Shown here piece by piece: positions 1-10,500 of a stretch of DNA of 64,000 nucleotides. The stretch covers positions 1,984,001 to 2,048,000 of the forward strand of contig CBDCTZ010000016.1 in assembly GCA_965222375.1 (NCBI GenBank), read 5' to 3'. The notes beneath the pieces were generated by a model. That model was not told the origin of the DNA. It saw only the letters and a list, made by a program, of their open reading frames with translations, and searched no databases. Within the stretch, counting starts at the first letter, position 1, and every line of letters begins with the position of its first letter. This DNA is from Polyangiaceae bacterium (GTDB lineage: Bacteria; Myxococcota_A; Polyangia; Polyangiales; Polyangiaceae). Made by a program: the position numbers and the translations under genes.

Positions 1-76
1 GAAGCCGCAGAAGACGCCAAGACGTGACCTCGAACTTGCCCGAAGACGACAGAGGAAAGTGAAAGGAAACCCATGA
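1..76 (+). CDS. C-terminus of RelE/ParE-superfamily (Gp49/HigB-like) type II toxin, partial at window edge
   Basis: Frame 2 reads KPQKTPRRDLELARRRQRKVKGNP*, matching the typical 'KxQKTPxxDLELARxR' tail; its TGA overlaps the ATG of the next gene (ATGA at 73-76). Confidence 0.7.
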   Translation, partial: KPQKTPRRDLELARRRQRKVKGNP

Positions 77-354
77 AAAAGAACAAGCACATCGGCTCGA
101 CACTGGACTCGCTGTTTGACGAGTTGGGGGAGACCGACGACGTGGGTCTGCTGACTCAGAAGAAGCTGCTCGCTGACAAGATCGAGCGCGTGATGAAACG
201 TCGCGCGATGAGCAAATCGGCCCTGGCTCGTGCCATGAACACCAGCCGAACGGTGGTTCACCGCTTGCTCGATCCAAGCGACACGGGCGTGACGCTGGCC
301 ACGATATGGAAGGCGTCTAAGGCGCTCGACGTGAAGCTCGTGGAGCTACGCTAG
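73..354 (+). CDS. XRE/HTH antitoxin (HigA-like)
   Basis: N-terminal NKHIGSTLDSLF followed by HTH segment MSKSALARAMNTSRTVVHRLLDP; translationally coupled to the upstream toxin tail. Confidence 0.8.
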   Translation: MKKNKHIGSTLDSLFDELGETDDVGLLTQKKLLADKIERVMKRRAMSKSALARAMNTSRTVVHRLLDPSDTGVTLATIWKASKALDVKLVELR

Positions 355-486
355 GTGGCGCAGACCACGGCAGGAACGACGGATTTCTCCGCCTCCACGA
401 CGGAGAGCATTACCGACGTCGAGGTGAGGCGATCTTGAGGACCCAATCCGCCGCCTTTGGGCTTCCCGCGTCGCAAGACCGCTGAA

Positions 487-1059
487 CTACTCCTCTGTCT
501 GGGCCAACCACAGATCGCCCAGGTGCAATTCGATGGCGGCGAAGGGGTCGATTCTAGCGACGGCATCCTCGCGGTGTGCCGCATGCACGGTCCACTTGTC
601 TTTCTCCAGGCGCAGCACCTCGAGGGTGTGCATCAGCGGGTTGACCAGCCAGACCCAGCTCACGTCGGCGCTGGCGTACACGCCCAGCTTGTCTGCGCGA
701 TCGAATGCTTCGGTCGAGGGCGACGGCACTTCGCAGAGCCAGTCTGGCGGAAGTGTGAAGTGGGGCACGTTTGGCACGGTGGGCATGCGTTCCCGCCGCC
801 AACCAGCGAGGTCCGGAACGACCACGTCCTCGCCGAAGTGCAGTTCCGGTTCGTACAGGATCCACCAACCACCGGGGCCATTGCGCCCTCGCTGGAAGGG
901 AGAACCGATGTCCATACCCAGTACGCTGGTCGCGTGGGCGTGGGGCGCGGCGGGGCGCGGCGACGTGACCAAGGTTCCAGCGACCAACTCCGCGACCCGA
1001 TGCGGTGGCGCCGCCAGGACATCCGCGTAGGTTGCTCTCTTCTTGGCGGGGTCGTTCAC
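487..1059 (-). CDS. Uma2 family (DUF820) PD-(D/E)XK endonuclease-like protein
   Basis: RATYADVLAAPPHRVAELV, GPGGWWILYEPELH, VPDLAGWRRERMP, PDWLCEV, WLVNP motifs; likely GTG start at 1059 (ORF track extends to 1152). Confidence 0.88.
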   Translation of the reverse strand: MNDPAKKRATYADVLAAPPHRVAELVAGTLVTSPRPAAPHAHATSVLGMDIGSPFQRGRNGPGGWWILYEPELHFGEDVVVPDLAGWRRERMPTVPNVPHFTLPPDWLCEVPSPSTEAFDRADKLGVYASADVSWVWLVNPLMHTLEVLRLEKDKWTVHAAHREDAVARIDPFAAIELHLGDLWLAQTEE

Positions 1060-1269
1060 ACTGCTGAGTCTAGCATCGGGCGGGCATGTGCCGCGACATG
1101 CTCCCCGTGGTCGCGTGCTTCCGCCCCCGCCAGCCTCCCGGTGGCACGTCAAACCTCATTGTGCCGCACGCAGCTGAAGTGGAGCGATCAGCGCTTGGCG
1201 GACACCCGCTATCACGGTCTTGCTTCCCGCGGCGCCCGAGTCCGTCCTGCTTGGTGGCGCTCGCTGGGC

Positions 1270-1845
1270 TCAACCGCTTCCCCGCCACACCATTCCGAGA
1301 TCGAGTTCGATAGCGTCGAAGGGCTCGGCGCGAACGGGCGTGTCGCCGGTGTGGACGGCGGCGACGACCCAGAGGTCGGACTGGAGGCGAAGTACTTCGA
1401 GGGTTTTGGCGAGAGGGTCTAGGAGCCAGAGGTGGGCGACGCCGGCGCCAGCGTACTCGGGTTGCTTTTCACCGCGGTCGACGGCAGCAGTCGAGGGCGA
1501 GAGGATTTCGCAGACCCAATCTGGGACAGCGGTGTAGGGGCCTGACTCGGGCTCGGCGTAGCGTTCCCGGCGCCACCCAGCCAGATCGGGAACGCGAACG
1601 TCGTCGCCAAATCGTACGCGCGGCTCCGCAAGGATCATCCAGCCGCCCGGAGAGCCACCGCCGATTCCGAAGCCGAACGGACCGCCCACGAGCACGCTGA
1701 GCGCGGAGGCAGCCCGAACGTGTGGCGGGTTCGGCCGAGGGGTGGCGCGGATTTCGCCCGCGACGATTTCGCCAATCACGTCCTCGGGCAGCTCGTCGAG
1801 CTGGTCCCAGAGTTGCGTGAACGTGCCCAAGGCGTGCTGCGTCAT
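1270..1845 (-). CDS. Uma2 family (DUF820) endonuclease-like protein, second tandem paralogue
   Basis: PGGWMILAEP, VPDLAGWRRER, PDWVCEILSPST, HLWLLDPLAKTLEV; start taken at MTQHAL (1845). Confidence 0.88.
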   Translation of the reverse strand: MTQHALGTFTQLWDQLDELPEDVIGEIVAGEIRATPRPNPPHVRAASALSVLVGGPFGFGIGGGSPGGWMILAEPRVRFGDDVRVPDLAGWRRERYAEPESGPYTAVPDWVCEILSPSTAAVDRGEKQPEYAGAGVAHLWLLDPLAKTLEVLRLQSDLWVVAAVHTGDTPVRAEPFDAIELDLGMVWRGSG

Positions 1846-1871
1846 CGGCAAGCACACACTCTAGCCTCTCG

Positions 1872-1974
1872 CGCCGCCCAACGCGAGGGCATGGGCTGTC
1901 GCTACAAACGGTCCTGCGCCGGTGAGAACGCAGTCATGGTCCACGCTGCCCAGCGCGAGGACATGGGCTGGCGC
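1872..1974. repeat. Imperfect 31-bp direct repeat (1872-1902, 1944-1974), 72-bp period
   Basis: cgccgcccaacgcgagggcatgggctgtcgc vs cgctgcccagcgcgaggacatgggctggcgc, 27/31 identical. Confidence 0.7.
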
Positions 1975-2126
1975 CGCCGCGACGAACCCCGAAGAACTTC
2001 CGATGATGGGCTGCGCGCCACATCCCCCAAAAGAACCAGGCAACGTCGGGATAGCGCGGGGGTGGTGGCTGGGGCTACGGCGCTGTGACCTCCGATGTCA
2101 CAGCGGAGCCGTAGGCTTGCAGCGAG

Positions 2127-4010
2127 ATGGCGAAAGACCGAAGTGATGCTGGGCCCCTCGCCGTCGAGACGATGGGCGCAGCTATGCCGGGCGCCACCGC
2201 GAAGCGCCTGGCGCGCGTGCTTCCTGCGGTGGCGAAACAGGAGCAGCTCGTTCCAGCGCGGATGGTGAACGAAGTGCTGTATTGCGAGCGGTTGATGTAC
2301 CTCGAATGGGTGCAGGGTGAGTTCGCGGACAACTATTTCACCGTTGACGGTCGCGCAGTCCATCGGCGCGCAGATGCGCGAGCGAAGCCCTTGGGACGAA
2401 GGCGCCACGGGTCGCGAACGGAAGATGGCGACGCCAGCGCTCACGCGGAGGAGAACGACAGGCCCTACTCTGCAAGGTCGGTCTGGCTGTCGTCGGGGGT
2501 GCTCGGCGTCACGGCGAAGATCGACGTGGTGGACGTGGACGAATCCGGATCACGGGTCGTTCCCATCGAATACAAGCGAGGAAAGCCGCCTGACGTTCCC
2601 GAAGGTGCGTACCTCCCGGAGCGGGCTCAAGTCTGCGCCCAGGCGCTCTTGCTTCGGGAACACGGATATCAGTGCGGCCACGCCGAAATCTACTTCGCAG
2701 CGGCGCGGCAGCGCACGCGGATCGAGCTGTCTGATGAGTTGATTGCCACGACGGTCGGCGCGATCGCGCGGGCCAAGCGGCTCGCCTTGGAGGATGAACT
2801 CCCGCCGCCACTCGTGGACAGTCCAAAGTGTAACGGGTGCTCGCTCGTAGGGATCTGCCTGCCGGACGAACTGTCCGCTCTCGAGCGCGGGGCCAGCGAA
2901 GAGCGCAACGAATCGGAAGCAGTCGAGGGAGATCGTGATCCCTGGGGACTGGCTCCTGACCCCGAGCAGGGCCCGGTTCGCCGATTGCACCCGGCACGCG
3001 ACGATCGCGTTCCGTTGCTGGTCCAAGAGCAGGGCGCGCGGATCTGCCTCGATGGCGAGAGAATCGTGGTCAAGGCGGCGAAGACGGGCGTGAAAGTCGA
3101 AGGCCGCCTGTCGAACACGTCCGAGGTGAATGTGTTCGGCAATGTTCAGGTGACGACGCAGGCACTCCGCGCCGTGCTGCAGCGCGGTATTCCGGTTTCG
3201 TTCTTCACCTACGGCGGCTGGTACATTGGCCGCGCAGCAGGACTCGACTCGAAGAACGTCGAGTTGCGACTTGCTCAGTACTCCGCGGCCACGACCCCAG
3301 GGGTTTGTCTCAGCGTTGCGAAAGGCTTGGTAGTGTCCAAGGTCTTGAACTGCCGCACGCTGCTTCGGCGTAACACAGAAGCACCGAGCAAGGTCGTGCT
3401 GTTCGAACTCCGTCAGCTCGCACGGAAGGCCGAACAGGTTGACTGCCTAGAAAGCCTGCTGGGGATCGAGGGCTCTGCAGCTCGAACCTACTTCGGGAGC
3501 TTTTCGGAGATGCTGAAGCCCAACGACGGTGATGCGTCGGATTTCGACCTTGACGGGCGAAATCGCCGTCCGCCCCGAGACCCCGTCAACGCCATGCTCT
3601 CATTCTGTTACGCGTTGCTCACGAAGGACTTCGCCACGACCCTTGCCAACGTCGGGCTCGATCCGTTGCTGGGCTTCTATCATCAACCGAGGTTCGGTCG
3701 ACCCGCCCTGGCGCTGGACCTGATGGAGGAGTTCCGTCCACTGGTCGCGGACTCCGTCGTGGTCTCCGTGGTCAACAATCGCGTGATCGGCCCAGGGGAT
3801 TTCGTGCGCGCTGCAGGCTCGGTTGCCTTGACACCGCCAGCTCGCAAGCGCCTGATCAGCGCCTACGAGCGGCGGATGGACCAGCTCGTGTCTCATCCCG
3901 TGTTCGGCTACCGCATCAGCTACCGACGAGTCCTCGAGGTACAGGCTCGGCTGATGTCGCGGTTCCTGCTGGGCGAGATCGCGCGCTACCCGGCGTTTCG
4001 CACACGCTGA
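2127..4010 (+). CDS. cas1: Cas4-Cas1 fusion (type I-G/I-U-like adaptation protein)
   Basis: Cas4 half: YCERLMYLEWV, KIDVVD, PIEYKRG, QVCAQ, CNGCSLVGIC. Cas1 half: LLGIEGSAARTYF, RNRRPPRDPVNAMLS, GFYH, ALALDLMEEFRP. Next to cas2 and the array. Confidence 0.95.
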   Translation: MAKDRSDAGPLAVETMGAAMPGATAKRLARVLPAVAKQEQLVPARMVNEVLYCERLMYLEWVQGEFADNYFTVDGRAVHRRADARAKPLGRRRHGSRTEDGDASAHAEENDRPYSARSVWLSSGVLGVTAKIDVVDVDESGSRVVPIEYKRGKPPDVPEGAYLPERAQVCAQALLLREHGYQCGHAEIYFAAARQRTRIELSDELIATTVGAIARAKRLALEDELPPPLVDSPKCNGCSLVGICLPDELSALERGASEERNESEAVEGDRDPWGLAPDPEQGPVRRLHPARDDRVPLLVQEQGARICLDGERIVVKAAKTGVKVEGRLSNTSEVNVFGNVQVTTQALRAVLQRGIPVSFFTYGGWYIGRAAGLDSKNVELRLAQYSAATTPGVCLSVAKGLVVSKVLNCRTLLRRNTEAPSKVVLFELRQLARKAEQVDCLESLLGIEGSAARTYFGSFSEMLKPNDGDASDFDLDGRNRRPPRDPVNAMLSFCYALLTKDFATTLANVGLDPLLGFYHQPRFGRPALALDLMEEFRPLVADSVVVSVVNNRVIGPGDFVRAAGSVALTPPARKRLISAYERRMDQLVSHPVFGYRISYRRVLEVQARLMSRFLLGEIARYPAFRTR

Positions 4011-4022
4011 CGGAACCAACCA

Positions 4023-4313
4023 ATGCGTCAAACGTACATCGTCGCCTATGACATCTGTGATCCGAAACGCCTCAGAAAGGTGTTTCGAACGATGCGTGGC
4101 TGGGGCGATCACTTGCAGCTATCCGTATTCCAGTGCGAACTCAGCAAACGCGAGCTAGTCGAACTGAGAACTGCCCTGGCCGAGCTGATTCACCACGACG
4201 AAGATCAGGTCCTGTTCGTGGACGTAGGCCCCGTGGAAGGTCGCGGCTCGACGTCCATCACCGCGCTTGGCAAACCGCACACGCATCCCGAACGTCACGC
4301 CCTGGTCGTTTGA
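4023..4313 (+). CDS. cas2: CRISPR-associated Cas2
   Basis: YIVAYDICDPKRLRKV...HLQLSVFQCELS; directly downstream of cas1. Confidence 0.95.
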   Translation: MRQTYIVAYDICDPKRLRKVFRTMRGWGDHLQLSVFQCELSKRELVELRTALAELIHHDEDQVLFVDVGPVEGRGSTSITALGKPHTHPERHALVV

Positions 4314-4561
4314 GCTTCAAGGGACGCCCGTGGCAACCTCCGCCATTCCCAAAGCGGCTCGGCCCGAGTTAGAATCGAGCGGTGAGGTGGTGCCCGAACC
4401 ACCCTACCCGCTCGCACCGGGCCAGGTCATTGAAATCGCAACGCTATGACTTGCAGTCGCGTTCCCCCTGACGCACACGGCCGCAAGTCATTACTCAGAG
4501 AATGATCGTACTCGCACCCAGCTCTCCAACTGCACGATCTACAACGGCTCTCTCGAGAGCT
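4314..4561 (+). promoter_or_regulatory. CRISPR leader
   Basis: Non-coding segment between cas2 and the first repeat. Contains inverted repeats cgagcgg/ccgctcg (4376-4414) and atgacttgc/gcaagtcat (4446-4454, 4483-4491). Confidence 0.75.
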
Positions 4562-7500
4562 GTCTCCGCCGCGAACATGCGGCGGCCCCATTGAAGGTGG
4601 ATGGCATCGCTTCCGCCATGAAGGCGATCTTCAAGTCTCCGCCGCGAACATGCGGCGGCCCCATTGAAGGACGATGATGTCGTTGCCCGCCGAAGGCAGG
4701 TGCAGGTCTCCGCCGCGAACATGCGGCGGCCCCATTGAAGGTAAGGGTAAGCTGCAGCAGTGCACCGCCGGATCGCTAGTCTCCGCCGCGAACATGCGGC
4801 GGCCCCATTGAAGGGTGGCAAGCCTGTTCGGCAAGACCGACCGCTAGGCCCGTCTCCGCCGCGAACATGCGGCGGCCCCATTGAAGGGCGATCGACCAGT
4901 CCCGCCGCGTACGCACCATCGCTGGTCTCCGCCGCGAACATGCGGCGGCCCCATTGAAGGGCCTCTTTTTCCCCTTGGGGGGTAGGGGGGAAATGGAGTC
5001 TCCGCCGCGAACATGCGGCGGCCCCATTGAAGGGACGATCGGGTATTCCTCGAGCAGCCGGTGATACTGGTTGTCTCCGCCGCGAACATGCGGCGGCCCC
5101 ATTGAAGGGCGGAATTGCTCCCACGCAAAGAAGTCGTCCACCCCGGTCTCCGCCGCGAACATGCGGCGGCCCCATTGAAGGTCCCAGAACGCCCAGTCAC
5201 ACGGCGCCGCGAAGATGTTGTCTCCGCCGCGAACATGCGGCGGCCCCATTGAAGGACGGCCTCGGCGGACCGCTTCGGGGTCGGCGGGCTGTCTCCGCCG
5301 CGAACATGCGGCGGCCCCATTGAAGGCGCCGAAAGTCGCGGAACCCCTTGGCGTAGAACGTGTCTCCGCCGCGAACATGCGGCGGCCCCATTGAAGGTTC
5401 CGCTGCTTCTCGTCGTCGACCGCCTTCTTCTTGTCTCCGCCGCGAACATGCGGCGGCCCCATTGAAGGCAGTGGGACGCGTTCGTTAGCCCACTTGGTGT
5501 CATCGTCTCCGCCGCGAACATGCGGCGGCCCCATTGAAGGCTGCCAATGAGAATGGTCGAAGTAGGTGGACGCCGTGTCTCCGCCGCGAACATGCGGCGG
5601 CCCCATTGAAGGAAGACGTGGTTGGGGCGCAGCGTCAAGGAGATGGAGGTCTCCGCCGCGAACATGCGGCGGCCCCATTGAAGGCCGGAGACCCACCTGT
5701 CTCGCACGGTGCGGGCCCCTGGTCTCCGCCGCGAACATGCGGCGGCCCCATTGAAGGGCCCGTGGTGAGCTCGACTCGCTTCCCGTCCGGGAGGTCTCCG
5801 CCGCGAACATGCGGCGGCCCCATTGAAGGCGCGTAGATCGCTCGAGCCGCTCGTTCAGCTGCCGCTCGTCTCCGCCGCGAACATGCGGCGGCCCCATTGA
5901 AGGGTCGATTAGGTCCCCGCACTTGTACGGGTTGACCGTGGTCTCCGCCGCGAACATGCGGCGGCCCCATTGAAGGGACGACATCCGCGTAGAGGAAGGC
6001 AAGGGCCGCGGGGGTCTCCGCCGCGAACATGCGGCGGCCCCATTGAAGGGTATATACCCACTGCCCCACTGCCCCACTCACGCACGTCTCCGCCGCGAAC
6101 ATGCGGCGGCCCCATTGAAGGAGGCTCTCTTCGTCGAGCTCACTCACCAAATCGTCGAGTCTCCGCCGCGAACATGCGGCGGCCCCATTGAAGGGCCCCA
6201 GTGTGCACGCGCCCAAAGCGCGTGATACGGTCTCCGCCGCGAACATGCGGCGGCCCCATTGAAGGAAGATGCCAACTAACACTAATAAGTCCGACTCAAC
6301 TAGTCTCCGCCGCGAACATGCGGCGGCCCCATTGAAGGTTCGGAGCATCAAAGAATGAGCATCGTAGTACCTCGGTCTCCGCCGCGAACATGCGGCGGCC
6401 CCATTGAAGGCTAGCAATAGCTCGCCAGCCTCCGTTAAGGTGCCATCCTGTCTCCGCCGCGAACATGCGGCGGCCCCATTGAAGGACTATCTCCCTCTCC
6501 TGCCTACGTCGACGAACCGTAGGTCTCCGCCGCGAACATGCGGCGGCCCCATTGAAGGTCCTCTCGACTCATCACAATGTATTCAGCCATCTCTCCAGTC
6601 TCCGCCGCGAACATGCGGCGGCCCCATTGAAGGAAAAGGCTCGCCCGCCCAAGCACGTGCCCGATGATGGTCTCCGCCGCGAACATGCGGCGGCCCCATT
6701 GAAGGGAATGGAACAAGTCCTGTTCCGCCCCCGTCGCCAAGTCTCCGCCGCGAACATGCGGCGGCCCCATTGAAGGGTCGCGCTAAACGGCGGTGCAAAC
6801 CTCGGGGGCGGGTCTCCGCCGCGAACATGCGGCGGCCCCATTGAAGGTACGCAGTTGGCTACCGCCGGGATCGAAACGTGCTCCGTCTCCGCCGCGAACA
6901 TGCGGCGGCCCCATTGAAGGGAGAGCACCAGGTGCGCGTGCTCGATGGCTTCCCGGTGGTCTCCGCCGCGAACATGCGGCGGCCCCATTGAAGGATGCAG
7001 CGTCAGGCTGCAGAAAACGTAATGCGTCTGGTCTCCGCCGCGAACATGCGGCGGCCCCATTGAAGGAACCATCATGTCGCGAAACTCCGGGTCGGGCTCG
7101 ATGTCTCCGCCGCGAACATGCGGCGGCCCCATTGAAGGTCGCTTGAAGCCGCATCCGGTGGACCCGTCTCGACCTTGTCTCCGCCGCGAACATGCGGCGG
7201 CCCCATTGAAGGGAGGACCTCTTCGAGGACCCAGAGGCGACCGTCCCTGGTCTCCGCCGCGAACATGCGGCGGCCCCATTGAAGGAGGTGGAGTGATGGG
7301 CAAAGCCAGTCGTGACAAGGGAGGTCTCCGCCGCGAACATGCGGCGGCCCCATTGAAGGCCGGGGGCCTAGGCCTTTACCCTCGACCAGTAGGACGTCTC
7401 CGCCGCGAACATGCGGCGGCCCCATTGAAGGCGAGCCGCGTCGGCCAAGCATCCTCGGCTCCGGTTGTCTCCGCCGCGAACATGCGGCGGCCCCATTGAA

Positions 7501-10500
7501 GGCTGGTAGGGGGTGAGCCGACACGACTCGCGATAGATCCGTCTCCGCCGCGAACATGCGGCGGCCCCATTGAAGGAAGATCAAGGGCCATCACACCTCG
7601 CTTTCGAACAAGATGTCTCCGCCGCGAACATGCGGCGGCCCCATTGAAGGTTTCGGTCGCTATATCGGTGCGGGTGGCGGGTCATCAGTCTCCGCCGCGA
7701 ACATGCGGCGGCCCCATTGAAGGCCGTGGCGGCGCTGAACCCGGCCCCGGTCTCGACGTCTCCGCCGCGAACATGCGGCGGCCCCATTGAAGGAACCTCG
7801 ACCCACGACGCGCCGGGGCTCACTCCGAGGTCTCCGCCGCGAACATGCGGCGGCCCCATTGAAGGATCTTTACCAGGCGCTCACACGCCGCTTCGATGTC
7901 CTGTCTCCGCCGCGAACATGCGGCGGCCCCATTGAAGGGAGATCGACTGCAGCGCTGGTGCTGGGCAGATGCCAGGTCTCCGCCGCGAACATGCGGCGGC
8001 CCCATTGAAGGAAGGGGGGCGGCTGATGGGCTACGACGACTTCGAGGTCTCCGCCGCGAACATGCGGCGGCCCCATTGAAGGCAGAGGTAGGTCGCCATG
8101 ACGGTCTCGGGGTCGACTTGTCTCCGCCGCGAACATGCGGCGGCCCCATTGAAGCATCAGTGACGAGGACGGAGGCCATCGGGGCCCCCGAAGTCTCCGC
8201 CGCGAACATGCGGCGGCCCCATTGAAGCCGGCCTCGTGCACGAACACAACCCGGCCGACCATCTCGTCTCCGCCGCGAACATGCGGCGGCCCCATTGAAG
8301 CACCGAGTGATAACCAGCCGGTCCGCCGCCCAAGTTGCGGTCTCCGCCGCGAACATGCGGCGGCCCCATTGAAGCCGCGTCGAGGCCAGGCGGTGGGTTC
8401 GCCCAGGTGATGTCTCCGCCGCGAACATGCGGCGGCCCCATTGAAGCATGCTGACGTCCTGCGGATGCAGGGCCAGCTTGACGTCTCCGCCGCGAACATG
8501 CGGCGGCCCCATTGAAGCTCGCGAGAGCGCAGCAGCGCGCCACCGCCACCAACGCGTCTCCGCCGCGAACATGCGGCGGCCCCATTGAAGCATCAGAGAA
8601 AAGCGCGGGTCGATCTCCTGCAGAAGGTCTCCGCCGCGAACATGCGGCGGCCCCATTGAAGCCGCCTGGCTGTGCGCGACTCGACCTGCTTGATGCGGGT
8701 CTCCGCCGCGAACATGCGGCGGCCCCATTGAAGCACGACTTCGCGGCGCACCTGGGCGTCGGCGATATCGCGTCTCCGCCGCGAACATGCGGCGGCCCCA
8801 TTGAAGCCATCCGGCCCTCGCCGCGCCACCAGTCCACGAATCCGTCTCCGCCGCGAACATGCGGCGGCCCCATTGAAGCGTAGTACTCCAGGGCGTCGGT
8901 GGCTTTGCTTGGGAGTCTCCGCCGCGAACATGCGGCGGCCCCATTGAAGCTGCGAATTCGAACAGGTGACAGAGGGCGTCAACGAGGTCTCCGCCGCGAA
9001 CATGCGGCGGCCCCATTGAAGCGTCGATGACCAGCGGCAGCTTCGAGAGCTCCTGAATCACGTCTCCGCCGCGAACATGCGGCGGCCCCATTGAAGCAGA
9101 GTGGCCTGGGCATGCGCGAGGGTGCCTTTCACTGTCTCCGCCGCGAACATGCGGCGGCCCCATTGAAGCGGGATCTGCAGGAGCTGCTCGCGTACGAATT
9201 CCGCGTAGTCTCCGCCGCGAACATGCGGCGGCCCCATTGAAGCAGCACGACTTCGTAGGTGCCGCCGCCCGTGTCTTCGGTCTCCGCCGCGAACATGCGG
9301 CGGCCCCATTGAAGCCCGTCGTGGCGAAAGTAGTCTTGGCGCTGGGCGATCATCGTCTCCGCCGCGAACATGCGGCGGCCCCATTGAAGCACCGGCTCCA
9401 CCATGGGCTCGGTCACGGCAACGGGCACGTCTCCGCCGCGAACATGCGGCGGCCCCATTGAAGCCACCAGTTCCTGGTGAGCGGCTGAACCACAGTGCTC
9501 GCGTGGTCTCCGCCGCGAACATGCGGCGGCCCCATTGAAGCCAGTGCAGGATGTGCCACCAAGAGGTAGAGGGGGGCCGTCTCCGCCGCGAACATGCGGC
9601 GGCCCCATTGAAGCCACTCACAGGCCCCAACCTCGATGCCGCGGCGGTTGGTCTCCGCCGCGAACATGCGGCGGCCCCATTGAAGCTCGATCTGCTCCGT
9701 GCCGAGCGCGTAGGCCATCGCGGGTCTCCGCCGCGAACATGCGGCGGCCCCATTGAAGCAACGGCTTCCCGTTGACGATCGCTCCCGCCTTCGGTGTCTC
9801 CGCCGCGAACATGCGGCGGCCCCATTGAAGCTCGCAGCCCTCCCACGGGTTGAAGGTGTGGTGAGCCGTCTCCGCCGCGAACATGCGGCGGCCCCATTGA
9901 AGCCGAACCGGTTCCTCGTGGGCCCGCACCTCGCTCGTTAGTCTCCGCCGCGAACATGCGGCGGCCCCATTGAAGCCAGAGCCAGCAGCGGCCCCCGGTG
10001 GCGTAGAGCGTGAAGTCTCCGCCGCGAACATGCGGCGGCCCCATTGAAGCGGCGATGGCGGCGAACGCAGCCAACGGGGAATACCACTCGTCTCCGCCGC
10101 GAACATGCGGCGGCCCCATTGAAGCCACGACCTGCGCCCCGAAGCCTGCTGCGTGGCGTTTGGTCTCCGCCGCGAACATGCGGCGGCCCCATTGAAGCGC
10201 ACACTGCGCAAGGACGTTCGAGCGTTGCAGCAATAGGGTCTCCGCCGCGAACATGCGGCGGCCCCATTGAAGCCCACCTCCCGAGCCGCCATCTTCCTGG
10301 CGGCTCGCTGGTCTCCGCCGCGAACATGCGGCGGCCCCATTGAAGCATCCTCCGCCCACTCCGCATACCCGCCCCAATGCACCGTCTCCGCCGCGAACAT
10401 GCGGCGGCCCCATTGAAGCACGGACACTGAAATCGCCCAACTTCGCACTTGGGCCAGTCTCCGCCGCGAACATGCGGCGGCCCCATTGAAGCGAGGCAGA

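Noticed and set aside
457..1422. 321-aa + strand ORF, and many similar antisense ORFs (e.g. 23041-24039, 37018-38448, 46761-47915)
   Set aside because: Shadow frames opposite well-supported genes in GC-rich DNA; no motifs.
487..1845. Uma2 genes as dedicated Cas accessory nucleases
   Set aside because: Uma2 paralogues are abundant in myxobacterial genomes and these are divergent from cas4-1; adjacency alone is insufficient.
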